NCBI RefSeq assembly: GCF_006345805.1
Contig: NC_043012.1
Coordinates: forward strand, 40,486,001-40,550,000
Length of the DNA: 64,000 bases
Reading direction: 5' to 3'
Source: Octopus sinensis
Lineage: Eukaryota
This document shows positions 12,376 through 24,124 of the stretch, one piece after another; positions within the stretch are counted from its first letter, which is position 1; each line of letters starts with the position of its first letter. The notes below the pieces were generated by a model. It saw only the letters and a list, made by a program, of their open reading frames with translations. It was not told the DNA's origin and did not search any database. The position numbers were made by a program, and so were the translations under genes.

Positions 12376-13146
12376 AACTGAAAATTACCGGTTAACCAAA
12401 TAACTGAAAGATAAAGAACTGGAAAAAATCAACGCTAACACAAATTTAAGATAGTGAAACGTAGAATACCATTATATAAACTGAATTATCAAGTATGAGT
12501 AACGAGTCATGTATTAGTAGAAGCGATTTTTTAATTTTTATTTAACTTATTCAATTATTACTGACATTGAATGCAAGTATGACATTTCTAAAGAGCTATT
12601 TGCTATGAATTACCTCCCTTACGTAGGATACTTTTAGAAAAGATTGTCTGGGAATACATGGCAAATAAATATTTTTGATATTTTCCTAGCTTACTTTAAA
12701 ACAAAATAATTAACTACTAACTGAAAATTATTAGATATTGTTTGTAAATATCGAAAAATGTGCTTATATTTGCTTGTATTTAGATTTTATTTAAATTTTA
12801 AGCAGAACTTCAATTGCAATATCACCTTAAAGTTATTGTAGTAGCGATATATATTAGTTATTGAAATGTTAGTTTATTAAAAGGGTCTTTGTCGTCAGTG
12901 ACACCCAGTTGCCGATAGGCGAGCGTCTGGGCGGAATCACAATCAAGAGATTTCGGAGACGCAATTTTTAACAACCGGTGGCAGCTGTCGCTCTTTAAGC
13001 ACGGCGCCCGGTAAAATAAAATAATATCAGATTCTATTAACCAGCTAATTTATTGGTGGTATATTTATTTATGCACATTGATCAATATTTTAGCTTTCAT
13101 GTAAATGGTTAATCACCACTTGCTCTGATTATTATGTATAAAAAAA

Positions 13147-13562
13147 AGGCGGCGAGCTGGCAGAAACGTTAGTACGCCGGGCGAAATGTTTAGCGGTATT
13201 TCGTCTGCCGCTACGTTCTGAGTTCAAATTCCGCCGAGGTCGACTTTGCCTTTCATCCTTTCGGGGTCGATAAATTAAGTACCAGTTACGCACTGGGGTC
13301 GATGTAATCGACTTAATACCTATGTCTGTCCTTGTTTGTCCCCTCTGTGTTTAGCCCTTTGTGGGTAATAAAGAAATAGGTATTTCGTCTGCCGTTACGT
13401 TGTGAGTTCAATTTCCGCCGAGGTCGACTTTGCCTTTCATCCTTTCGGGGTCGATAAATTAAGTACCAGTAACGCACTGGGGTCGATGTAATCGACTTAA
13501 TCCCTTTGTCTGTCCTTGTTTGTCCCCTCTGTGTTTAGCCCCTTGTGGGTAATAAAGAAATA
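13147..13562 (+). mobile_element. SINE B tandem dimer, low divergence
   Basis: 184-bp unit repeated (13195 and 13379); junction aaagaaata|ggtatttcgtctg. Confidence 0.95.
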
Positions 13563-14037
13563 TATTATTTATAAAAAAAAATACTCAGACATTCTAAACA
13601 AGCAACAGGCTGAAAAAGTTTTTTTTCTTTTGAGGTAAGAGGTCTTTCTTGAACACTATAACTGTATGCTTTCATTGCATAGCAACTACCAGCTAAAGGA
13701 TCAGGAGTTCATACTGTTCCCAGCAGTGTATTAATGTCATGACATTTAATTGTAAGCAGGTACAATATGGAAATAGTTCGATACCAAGCAATCACAGTAC
13801 TGATTGTTATTATTATTTGATGAGTCTTTCATTTACAAAGGACTCAGTTGAACTTCACAGTATTAGTAGTTTGTTCCAAGCAAACATTCTAAATGAAGGC
13901 TGAATTGCATTCTTCCATTCCAATTTTTCTATTTTACCTGTTAATGATCTGATAGGTTGTATTTGAATCATATCTAAAAGTTGCTGTTCCAGCACAGTGC
14001 AATTCTAGAAGAACAGGGATTTATGATTTATGTAGTA

Positions 14038-15642
14038 CTGGCAGTATCGCCCGGCGTTGCTCGGGTTTGTAAGGGAAATAACTATATAAGCATTTTTAGA
14101 GAGTTATAGCAAAAAATAGCAAAAAAATGCATTAAAAATGGAAAAAAAATGATGGTAATTTCTTTTTAAATCGTTGACTCATCGTAGACATTTTTAGAGA
14201 GTTACTTCCCTTATATAATAGCGAAAAAATGCATTAAAATGGAAAAAAATGATGGTAAATTTTTTTTTAAATCGTAGACTCATCGTAGACGCGCGCTAAT
14301 ACCCAGAAGGGCTCGATAGGAATCACGACTATAAGATACCCGGTTTTGGTTAAACTGCACCGCAAAATGTGGGAGTTGTTAGGAATCTAAATCGAAGGGG
14401 ACAGACACACAACTTCACTTTTATAGATAAAGATTTGTGCAACAACTAAAACATTCGGTTGTGCAAATTATTTGCACAGGAAACCTGCCCTGTGTGGCGG
14501 TTTTTGCCGTTTTTGTGGATCTGTTTCAGCTTTTTTAGCGATTTCTGTTTTGGCGACTTCAAGCCATGAAGTCGTTGTTCTAAAAGAACGCTGGTCTCCT
14601 TGACAACGCTTTACGACGTTGATTTCCCTACCCTGCCTTTCCCACAGCTTCACGAGGGAGGGAAGAAGGGGAGGAGCTACACAGGTGCAGGTGCGAGCAT
14701 GAACGCCAACGCCGCCACCGACACACGAAAAAATTGGAAGAACCCAGACGACAGCTTCAGCCACCACCACCACCACCACCACGACCAACACTATCACCAC
14801 TACCACCATGACCACCACCACCACTACGCCCATGACCATCACCACCACCATCACGAAGACCACCACGACCACCACCATCATCACCACGACGACCACCACC
14901 ACCATCATCACCACCCCCACCACCAACACCAACAACAACACGACCACCACGACCACCATCACCACTACCAGCACCACCGCCACCACCGCTGCCACTACCA
15001 CCGCCTCCACCACCACCATACTATGCCTCTGCTCTCTCCTTTTGGCTACTAAATCCATTACCATATTTCACAAGTACCATCGCCATACAATATTGCCTTC
15101 AAAAGTTTGTGTATGGATAATATTTTTTAAGTAGAAGTTGTGCAACAACTATAACATTCGGTTGTGCAAATTATTTGCACGGGAAACCTTCCCTGTGTGG
15201 CGTGTTTCCCGATTTTGTAGAATTTGCTTTCGGGCTTTCTTAGCCATTTCTATTTTGGTGTCTTCAAGCCATGAAGTCGTTGTTCTAAAAGAACGCTGAT
15301 CTCCTTGACAACGCTTTACGACGTTGATTTCCTTACACTCCCTTCCCCACAGCTTCACGAGGGAGGGAAGAAGGGGGAGAAGCAACACAGGTGCAGGTGT
15401 TTGAGCATGGACGCCAACTCCGCCGCCATCGACACACGAAAAAATGGAAAACAATTATGGTAAATTATTTTAAAAATCGTAGACTCATCGTAGACGCGCG
15501 CTAATACCCAGACGGGCTCGATATGAATCACGACTATAAGATACCCGAATTTGGTTAAACTGCACCGCAAAATGTGGGAGTAGTTAGGAATCTAAATCGT
15601 AGGAGACAGACACTCACACAACTTCACTTTTATATATATAGA
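14038..15642 (-). mobile_element. composite non-autonomous Helitron-like element
   Basis: 3' end on minus strand: cccgagcaacgccggg hairpin then CCAG|T (same family as 48243-48643, which has CTAG). 5' TC module present twice (ending 14433 and 15642). ~300 bp block X duplicated (14435-14738, 15138-15448). Confidence 0.75.
14760..15020. repeat. (CAC/CAT/GAC)n trinucleotide low-complexity tract
   Basis: Source of the poly-His, poly-Val and poly-Thr ORFs. Confidence 0.9.
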
Positions 15643-15646
15643 TATC

Positions 15647-15800
15647 TGGCGTGGCTGTGAGGTAAGAAGCTTGCTTTCCAACCACATCGTTCTGGGTTCA
15701 GTCCCACTGAGTGGCACCTTGGACAAGTGTCTTCTACTTTAGCCTCAGGCCGACCAAGGCCTTGTGAGTGGATTTGGTAGACCGAAACTAAAAGAAGCCC

Positions 15801-15803
<3 letters not shown>
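15647..15803 (+). mobile_element. SINE A 5' half only
   Basis: ggctgtgaggtaagaagcttgc...ggcaccttggacaagtgtcttc...aagaagccc then (TA)n. Confidence 0.85.
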
Positions 15804-15840
<37 letters not shown>

Positions 15841-15853
15841 TATATATTATATA

Positions 15854-15895
<42 letters not shown>

Positions 15896-16080
15896 AAGGT
15901 CTTTTTTTATTTTTGCCAAATAAACACACGCACTGGATACTCGTTCTTCAGTTCAGCTTTATTATTGTTCTTATTTTAGCATCCTTTGTCTGGAAATCTT
16001 TCATCGCGCATCCTATAGCCTCTTCAGCAACCCTCATCTCACGTGTCTCCACCTGTCTTGTTTAGTACGTATATACATAC

Positions 16081-16156
<76 letters not shown>

Positions 16157-16171
16157 ATATATATTTTCTCC

Positions 16172-16538
16172 GGCACTCCGTCGGTTACGACGACGAGGGT
16201 TCCATTTGATTCACTTGACGCGACAGCCGGCTCGTGAAATTAACGTGCTGAGCACTGCACAGACCCGTGTACCCTTCACGTAGTTCTCGGGGAGATTCAG
16301 CGTGACACGGAGTGTGACAAGGCTGGTCTTTCGAAATACAGGTACAACAGAAACAGGAAGAAAGTGTGAGAGAAAGTTATGGTGAAAGTGTACAGTAGGG
16401 TTCTCCACCACTCCCTGCCGGAACCTCGTAGAGGTGTTTTCTCTCAATAAACATTCATAACGCCCGGTCTGGGAATCGAAACCGCGATCCTACGGCCACG
16501 AGTCCGCTGACCTAATCAGTGGGCCATTGTGCCTCCAG
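16172..16538 (-). mobile_element. SINE head C + tail ii
   Basis: Minus strand: ggaggcacaatggcccactg...gtttcgattcccagaccgggcg...tcgtcgtaaccgacggagtgcc. Confidence 0.9.
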
Positions 16539-16551
16539 ACACACACACATA

Positions 16552-16589
<38 letters not shown>

Positions 16590-16746
16590 GCGCGCGCATA
16601 CACCACACACACACACACACATACATGTGTGCGTGTGTGTGTGTGTTTGGTTTACAGTCAAGTTATATACAAAAGCAATTTAATATTATACTGAAGGATA
16701 TACCTCAATACTTGTTTTATGAGTATATGCTCTAATGGAGCATATA

Positions 16747-16969
16747 CAGTAATATCACGCCATATCGCGGTTCACCTATCGCGGTTTAATATTTAAGCTT
16801 AAGTTGATTCCTCTGTGGTGTTGTTTTGCATTTATAATAAAATAAATATATACAAATTATAAAAATAATTTTTTTGAAAATATACAGTACAGTACTGTTT
16901 CTACTTCGCAGATTTTCACCCATCGCGGAGTTTTAGAACGTAACACACGTGATAGTCGAGGTATTACTG
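16747..16969. mobile_element. pogo/Tigger-like MITE, 223 bp
   Basis: TA|cagtaat..cgccatatcgcgg ... gatagtcgaggtattactg|TA; copies at 21928 and 40658. Confidence 0.9.
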
Positions 16970-17029
<60 letters not shown>

Positions 17030-17033
<4 letters not shown>

Positions 17034-17200
17034 AGAGTTTACGAAAAAACAAAAGACGAAGACAGGTGGTGTACAAAACAAACAGATGTATTAGTATAAC
17101 GCTCAGGAATAGAAAAAGTCTTTAACGTTTCGAGCCTACGCTCTACTACAGAAAGGGACAGAAAAAGCAAGGAGAGAAAAAAAATGTGTGTAGTGGCTAA
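17030..17200 (-). mobile_element. second copy of the gagcgtaggctcgaaacg repeat
   Basis: 17132-17143 gagcctacgctc preceded by aacgtttc. Confidence 0.6.
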
Positions 17201-17323
17201 TGATCTATATATATAAATTTGTGTTTAAATATATACATATACATTAGTAGATACACAGATATGAATGAATGTATGTATGTATGTATGTATGTATGTATGT
17301 ATGTATGTATGTATGTATGTATG

Positions 17324-17357
<34 letters not shown>

Positions 17358-17810
17358 CAAACTATTTTATAATTATATACATAATTATAACAAGGGGTCA
17401 GCTATATGCATCGCCACGTACTGAATTAGAAACAGACACTAATGTCTTTTTTACTATCATAAAATCTCCGAGAAAAATCTATTCGTACTCGTGAAAGTAT
17501 GCAGCCGCGTCCAATTCATATCTGTCTTTTATACCCACGTGTGTGTTACGACCTATACTGCAGAAAAAAATGCAGTTTCGATCATGGAGTGAATTCATTC
17601 AAATATTAATTTTAATAATATAGGGTAAAATTGGTAATAATTTTACCGGGTAGCCAGTACGTAAAATAAAAACCTTTTAGGTCAATTTTACAAATTATTT
17701 TATAATCATATACATAATTATAACAAGGGGTCAGCTATATGCCTCGCCACGTACTGAATTAGAAATAGACGCTAATGTCTTTTTTTACTACCATAAAATC
17801 TCCGAAAAAA
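17358..17810. repeat. ~120 bp direct repeat, two copies (17358-17478, 17690-17810)
   Basis: ataattataacaaggggtcagctatatgc.tcgccacgtactgaattagaaa...ataaaatctccg occurs twice with ~332 bp period. Confidence 0.9.
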
Positions 17811-17864
17811 TAACACTATTAATGTAGGCAAAAGAAAAATGATGAGCTAACAAGGCTGTGGTTA

Positions 17865-17926
17865 ATTACATACGCGTTTCGAACTTAAAGTAAAACATAA
17901 TTACCTGTTGTTCTCTTCAGTGTAAT
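17865..17926 (-). ncRNA. minimal type I hammerhead ribozyme, core intact
   Basis: Minus strand: attaca-CTGAAGA-gaac[25 nt]gttc-GAAAC-gc-GTA-tgtaat. 6-bp stem I, 4-bp stem II, 2-bp stem III within palindrome ACGCGT, GUA cleavage triplet. Confidence 0.75.
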
Positions 17927-18744
17927 ATTCCAGATAAATTGACGTGTGTTTCTTAAATATGCATACGATCAAGCGACATCGCATGACTGATATCTGTCTG
18001 TACTCGTTAAAATTTATATCTATCTAGCTAGCTAACTAGCTATGAGTAAAATCTGGGCAAAATCCTTATAGCTTTTTTTTTCAAAGCTCATCTCCAGATA
18101 TTGGCTATCAAATAAATGCTATCCTTCAGTTGTACTTCTTCTCTCACTGGACATACATGTAGCAGTTCGTAAATATCCGTAGAGTATATCCCCTCCACCC
18201 CCAAAACAATGAATACGAGAAGATGGATTGAACAGGCCTTATTATAAATCGCTTCAATTGTTTCAAGCCCTAGCAAGTATTTGATGCTTTGAAACAACTG
18301 TAGAAATACTGACAGTCAGTGACAGCATCAAGGGTACTTTCGAATTTTCCCACCGTCCCAATTATTTCCCAGACCCTAAACATCCCGGAAAGCGAGGGAG
18401 CTCACCGCAAAGTTTATATCCTGACTATTTTCTCCCCCCTCTCTCTCTCTTCCTTCTCTCTCTCTAAGGAATTTTTAAAAGAAAAGAAGAAAGGAAGTGA
18501 AAACTACCGCCCGAGGGAACCTATTTTGCTCATGCACATTTCGTCATGCAACTATAACATATTACAAAATATATTGAGAGATTTTATAGGTCAATCCCGT
18601 GTCCTCCTGTGTTAGCAGTGCTACTATATCGCTTGTTAAGGTTTCCTCTACAGATTTTTATAGAAATTATCGCCAGCACTGATTTTGTTATGACGATTCG
18701 TACCCGAAACGCCTGATGAAAAGAACAATGAGATCTGGTCGATC

Positions 18745-19036
18745 TTCTGGTTGACCACACTATCGGATGCAGCTATGCGTCGCTGGCCACAGTGCGCTTT
18801 GCATCGGTATAGCAATCGAATGATGCCACTTCGCCGGCTAGGGGAGTAAGCCAACATTGCGCCCCGCTCATCTAACCGGGAGGCTAACGAGTCACAGGGT
18901 TATCCATTTACAGCCGAGTGGACTGGAGCAACGTGAAATGAAGTGGTTTCCTCAAGAAAACAACGCGCTGCTTTATCCGGAAATCGATACCACGAACTCA
19001 TGATCGTGACTGCAACACGCCCAACACGCACCTTCA
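18745..19036 (-). mobile_element. SINE head D + CORE-like domain + tail iii, diverged
   Basis: Minus strand: tttcacgttgctccagtccactcggctg...tgttggcttactcccctagccggcgaagtggcatc...gcgcactgtggccagcgacg, homologous to tail iii. Confidence 0.7.
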
Positions 19037-19063
19037 CATTAATATATATACATGCGCATATAA

Positions 19064-19156
<93 letters not shown>

Positions 19157-19382
19157 ATATTTATATGCGTATATGCATATATATATATATATTTAGATAT
19201 AGATATAGATAGATAGATATGTATGTCTGTATATATTTTAAATTTATTTATGGTAACATTAAGAGTATGCAAATAATTTGTGATTTGTGGAAACGCGCGT
19301 AGGGATGTATTGAATATTTATGAATTCCATCCTAGAATTAGTGTTATTATATGTGTGTGTATGTGTGTGTGTGTGTGTGTGT

Positions 19383-19420
<38 letters not shown>

Positions 19421-19423
19421 TCA

Positions 19424-19803
19424 GTGGAGGCGCAATGGCCCAGTGATTATGGCAGCGGACTCGCGCTCGTAGGATCGTGGCTTCGATTCCCAGACCGAGC
19501 GTTGTGAGTTTATTGAGAGAAAATACTAAAAGCTCGACGAGGCTCCGGCAAGGAGTGTTGGCGAACTCTGCTGTACCTTTTCACCACAACTTTCTCTCAC
19601 TCTTTCTTCCCGTTTCTCTTGTACCTGTATTTCGAAAGACCAGCCTTGTCACACTCTGTGTCACGCTGAATTTCCCCGAGATCTACGCCAAGGTTACACG
19701 TGTCTGTGAAGTGGTCAGCTACTTGCGCGTAAATTAAAACGAACAGGCTGTTCCGTTGATCGGATCAGTTGGAACCCTCGTCGTCGTAACCGACGGAGTG
19801 CCA
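19424..19803 (+). mobile_element. SINE head C + tail ii
   Basis: gtggaggcgcaatggcccagtg ... cgtaaccgacggagtgcc. Confidence 0.9.
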
Positions 19804-20514
19804 CAATATATATATATATATATATCTTTTAAATTCGTTTATGGTAATGCGCATAGGGACGTATTAAATATTTATGAATTACATCCTAGAATTAGTGTTA
19901 TTATATATATATATACACACACACACAACATACATACATACATACACACACATACTTAGAAAATGCCAGAACTTAATGGTACTTTTGAGCAACTGTGAAG
20001 GAAAAAAAGAGGAGATAATTTTGATGCAATTAAGAAATAATCTCTCCGAGTTAATTTCCATTAAAGCGGTGTTTACACAAAATGGCTTCTGTTACATTTT
20101 GGTCTTACGGGAAATGTTTGTTAACAACAACTCGAAAGTCTTGTGTTCTTTCTGGCTTGCTTTTCCTACAGTCTAAGACGTTGATCCAAAACATATTACT
20201 TTCTTTGATTTTGGTTATAGGAATTTATAAGATTTTAATATAGGAATTCGATTTTTCCTCATTGTATCTGCTACACTTTTCCATAATGTTGTAATTTATC
20301 TGCGATCTCAGGTCGACATTTTGTTTATCAAGAGATCTCTCTGGTTTTCTCCAACTTACGTTTGCAGCTGATTTGATAAACATTTGCATATTGTCCATAA
20401 TATATTCATTTATACATGCTGAAAAGTGGCGCGCTGGCAGAACTGTTAGCAAGTTAGTTAAAATGCTCAGCGGTATTTCGTTCCGGCTTTATGTTCTGAC
20501 TTTATATGTCACTG

Positions 20515-20770
20515 GTGGAGGCGCAATGGCCCAGTTGTTAGGGCAGCGGAATCGCGGTCGGAGGATCGCGGTTTCGATTCCTAGACTGAGCGTTGTGTGT
20601 GTGTTTATTGAGCGAAAACACCTAAAAGCTCCACGAGGCTCCAGCAGGGGGCGGGGCGACCCTTGTACTCTTTCGCCACAACTTTCTCTCACTCTCTCTT
20701 CTTGTTTCTTGAGTAACGCTGCGATGGGCTGGCGTCCCGTCCAGCTGGGGGGAACACATACGGCACACAT
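20515..20770 (+). mobile_element. SINE head C + tail i (3'-incomplete), abutting a partial SINE B (20410-20505)
   Basis: ...tgtttcttgagtaacgctgcgatgggctggcgtcccgtccagc. Confidence 0.85.
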
Positions 20771-20837
20771 ATGTGTAGATGTATGTATATAGATTTGCAT
20801 GTAATATGTGCACATATATATACACATATATACATGC

Positions 20838-20878
20838 ACTAGCACTATGACCCGGCAACGACGGGTCTTTAATGCTAG

Positions 20879-20879
<1 letters not shown>
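20838..20879. mobile_element. 42-bp double-sided Helitron-type terminus
   Basis: actagca-ctat-gacccg-gcaacga-cgggtc-tttaa-tgctagt. Confidence 0.55.
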
Positions 20880-20909
<30 letters not shown>

Positions 20910-21621
20910 AATTCAGGTACAACAAGATACATGATCCAGTCCATTTATTTAATTAATTATTCATTGCCAAAATTTTAATTAATGTACATTTGATGTGACA
21001 AGGTAATTAATTATCTCTTTGTAATTCCTTAATTAGTTTCTGACCAAACACAATTAATCAATTAATTTAAACAAAATGAGCAAACTTCAATATCTAGAAA
21101 CACCGTTAGTAATTCATACCCTCATCACGTGATGGTTAACCCCCAAGTCGGCCATGATCGAGCAGAGGTCAGTGATCACAGTATTAAATATGGCCGGCCC
21201 ATAATTGATAAATTCAATTGTTACACAGAGAAATGCATTGTGAACAATCGTTCTGATGTTGCTGTTGTTGTTTAACTTCAGGTCAGGCACGATCCAGGAG
21301 TCTTTTGATTAAATTAAAGAGGTTGCTTGGCAACTTTGAGTACACGAACACCTTTGTTGTTGACGTCATAAGAATTTAGAAACTTCGAGAGAACGTGAAA
21401 TAATTCTTTTTTTCTTTCTTTTTTTTTACAAGCTCTCATTAGTAAGAACAAAGATTCTAAAATGGATAGAGTAATGCGGAGGATAGTTTTGGTCCAATGG
21501 TAGAACACTTGTCATGCCTGCAGCTGATGTAGGCTCGAATCCTACAGGAAGCCCTTCGACGTTTCCCATCCCAAATGATTTTTTTAACCCTATAATTAGA
21601 TGTTATTATTTCTAGCTTGAT

Positions 21622-21925
21622 AAAAGCGACGAGCTGACAGAGTCGTTAGCACGACGGGCGTGTTCAAATTCTGTGTTCGAATTCCACCGAGGTCGACTTC
21701 GCCTTTCATTTTTTCGGGGTCGATAAAACAAATACCAGTTACGCGCTGGGGTCGATGTAATCGACTTACCCCTCCCCCCAAATTTCAGGCCTTGTGCCTA
21801 TAATAGAAATGATTTTAAAAGCTTTGATAAAAGCGGCGAGCTGGCAGAATCGTTAGCGTACCGGGAAAAACGCTGAGTGGCATTTCCTCCGTCTTTTCGT
21901 TCTGTGTTCAAATACTGCCGAGGAA
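21622..21925 (+). mobile_element. two adjacent SINE B copies (21622-21812; 21830-21925, truncated at a MITE)
   Basis: gcgacgagctgacagag... and gcggcgagctggcagaatcg... Confidence 0.85.
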
Positions 21926-21927
21926 TA

Positions 21928-22140
21928 CAGCAATCCCTCGACTATCGCGGGTGTTACGTTCCAAAACACTCCGCGATAGGTGAAAATCCGTGAAGTAGGA
22001 ACAATACTGCATATTTTTATTTTTTATTAATTTGTATATATTTATTTAATTATAAATGCGAAACAACACCAACGAGGAATCGACGTAAGCTTAAGTAATA
22101 AACCGCGATAGGTGAACCGCGATATGGCGAGGGATTACTC
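21928..22140. mobile_element. pogo/Tigger-like MITE, opposite orientation to the 16747 copy
   Basis: TA|cagcaatccctcgactatcgcgg ... ccgcgatatggcgagggattactc|TA. Confidence 0.9.
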
Positions 22141-23492
22141 TATGTATGTATTAGATAGGACAGTTTTGCTCGTATGTAACCGAACTTATACAAAGGGATC
22201 ATCTTTGCAAGAAACAAATAGGCCATTTTTTTTTTACTTCAAGTTATTAAATTAACATTATTTCTTAGCGTCTTTCTTTTCATCTTTTGTTTTGTTTTTT
22301 TAGTTAACAGACAAATGTTATTCACTGTCGTTTTGTATTGGTATAAATAGAAAATTGTAGGAAAACGAATTTCGACCAATGCAATTCTTTGTTGGTATTC
22401 ACGTCTTTCCTCAATAAAAGATTGCATCTATTATGGACGACATGCTTAGACATGGCAAAAGGCCGAAGGCTTACAAGTTTCTTATGAATTACTCGGTTAT
22501 TTAAAGATAAAACTCTTACAAGTTATATTGAATTATCAACTAACTGAACAGGAATCGAATTTACTCATTTTATCTGTATTTTTGTATTTAATATTAAGAA
22601 GAAAAAATGCTTCTGAAAGGGTGACGTGTATTATTAGTTCTAGTTGTCTGCGCTCTGAGTTCAAATTCCGCCCAAAGCAATATATCTGCTAATACCTATC
22701 TTTTAAGACAATAACAGTTGGAAGATCTGAGATATCAAAAAATAATCTGATATATTTATTTTGGTCACCTTCCCAACATGTCACGTTGGTAATTTCACAT
22801 ACATTCTTCTCCATATATGTGCGGTTATGTTTAACCAGCATTTAATCAATACCTGGCATCCCCTGCGGTTCCATGGATGCTGAGAATATAACGACGACTC
22901 ATCTTTCCTTCGTTGTGTATCCATGAAAGGTGAAGAGGTAAGTGTACTTGGGGCTAAATATTTTCTTCTAGAAACGTCCCAGGCATTGCAGAAGCAGATA
23001 AGTCAGTGTTTATCGCTCCGTCGTCGACCACGACGCAAAATGTCATTCATTTTTTTTTTTTTGCGATGCAACGGAGAATGTCGTGAAATGAAAGACTTTT
23101 ACTACATTAAGTCGTTCTAAATATTGGAACAGAATTAATTGAGAAGCTCAAACAATTAAACATTGAATTCAATATTTAATTTCGTTCTTGTTTATTCTTA
23201 AGACAGAACTCGTTTTCCTACTTTAGTCGTTAGAATGTAAACAAAATGCTTCACTCTGTTTGTTTCAGTTTCGTCCGTTCCGAGTCAAATTTCATCATCA
23301 TAAACTTGGCTTATTTATCTTCGATAGGGTACAGCATTTCCTGAATATGCCAGTGAAGAAGAAATGGAATAACCAAATCTAGTAAGTTCTGTTGATTTTT
23401 CATTATTATCGTTCAGCAATAATTCCAATCTACCGATTTACATTGACTTCTATCTCTCATGTTTCTAACTATTTTACATAATGTTAGTCTTA

Positions 23493-23670
23493 GGCGCAGC
23501 GGTGGCTGTGTGGTAAGACGCTTGCTTCCTAATCACATGGTTCCGGGTTCAGTCCCACTGGATACGCGTGTCTGTGGAGTACTCAGCCACTAGCACGTTG
23601 ATTTCACGAGCAGACTGTTCCGCTGAATCGGATCAAGTGGAACTCCCGTCTTCGTAACCGACGGAGGGCC
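23493..23670 (+). mobile_element. chimeric SINE: head A joined to the 3' half of tail ii
   Basis: ...ggttcagtcccactg|gatacgcgtgtctgtggagtactcagcc...cgtaaccgacggagggcc; junction at 23560/23561. Confidence 0.8.
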
Positions 23671-24124
23671 AGTTATGTTGGAACCCCGAAGTCCTCTCGA
23701 ATTTGGAATTGTTGTTGAGCAAGATGTATCCTTATGTCGGTGGTTAGCCTGGTGTCGTCCAGGTACCATTTAACTGTTATGGGATCTTTATTTATTTTTT
23801 TAAAAAATTTCTTTTGCGATAAAGCTGAACCGGGTTAGGTTAACAAAAGAAAAAAAATTGGTGCGTCGCAATATTATGTGATATAAGTTCGATTTTCGTT
23901 GAGGAGAAGATTGTTTTTTTCTGGGTTTTTTTTACTTAATTTTTGAAAGCTATCGGGTTCATTTTCAGTATTCTCGTTTGTGAGAGCATTCGAGTTTATT
24001 TTAGACATTCTCATTTTAAAAAGAATCTCTGGCTAATCGTTGGTGTTGCCATAGCAGAAGTTTGTGCTCTCCGAGTGCTCTTGCTTATTGTTGTTGTTGT
24101 GTGTGAGAGAGAGAGAGAAAGAAC

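Noticed and set aside
13850-14010. Minus-strand open frames after a ttcttctag acceptor (NCTVLEQQLLDM... / LHCAGTATFRYD...)
   Set aside because: Two alternative frames are open and neither is recognisable; cannot be supported without a homology search.
14468-15134. 198-aa poly-Val, 150-aa poly-His and 108-aa poly-Thr ORFs
   Set aside because: All three are readings of one (CAC)n-type tract inside a composite Helitron. The non-repetitive parts are simply block X, which gives a similar ORF at 15149-15454.
22840-22945. Possible plus-strand exon ending at gag|gtaagt
   Set aside because: Stops occur in all three frames apart from a five-codon MKGEE start; no supporting evidence.
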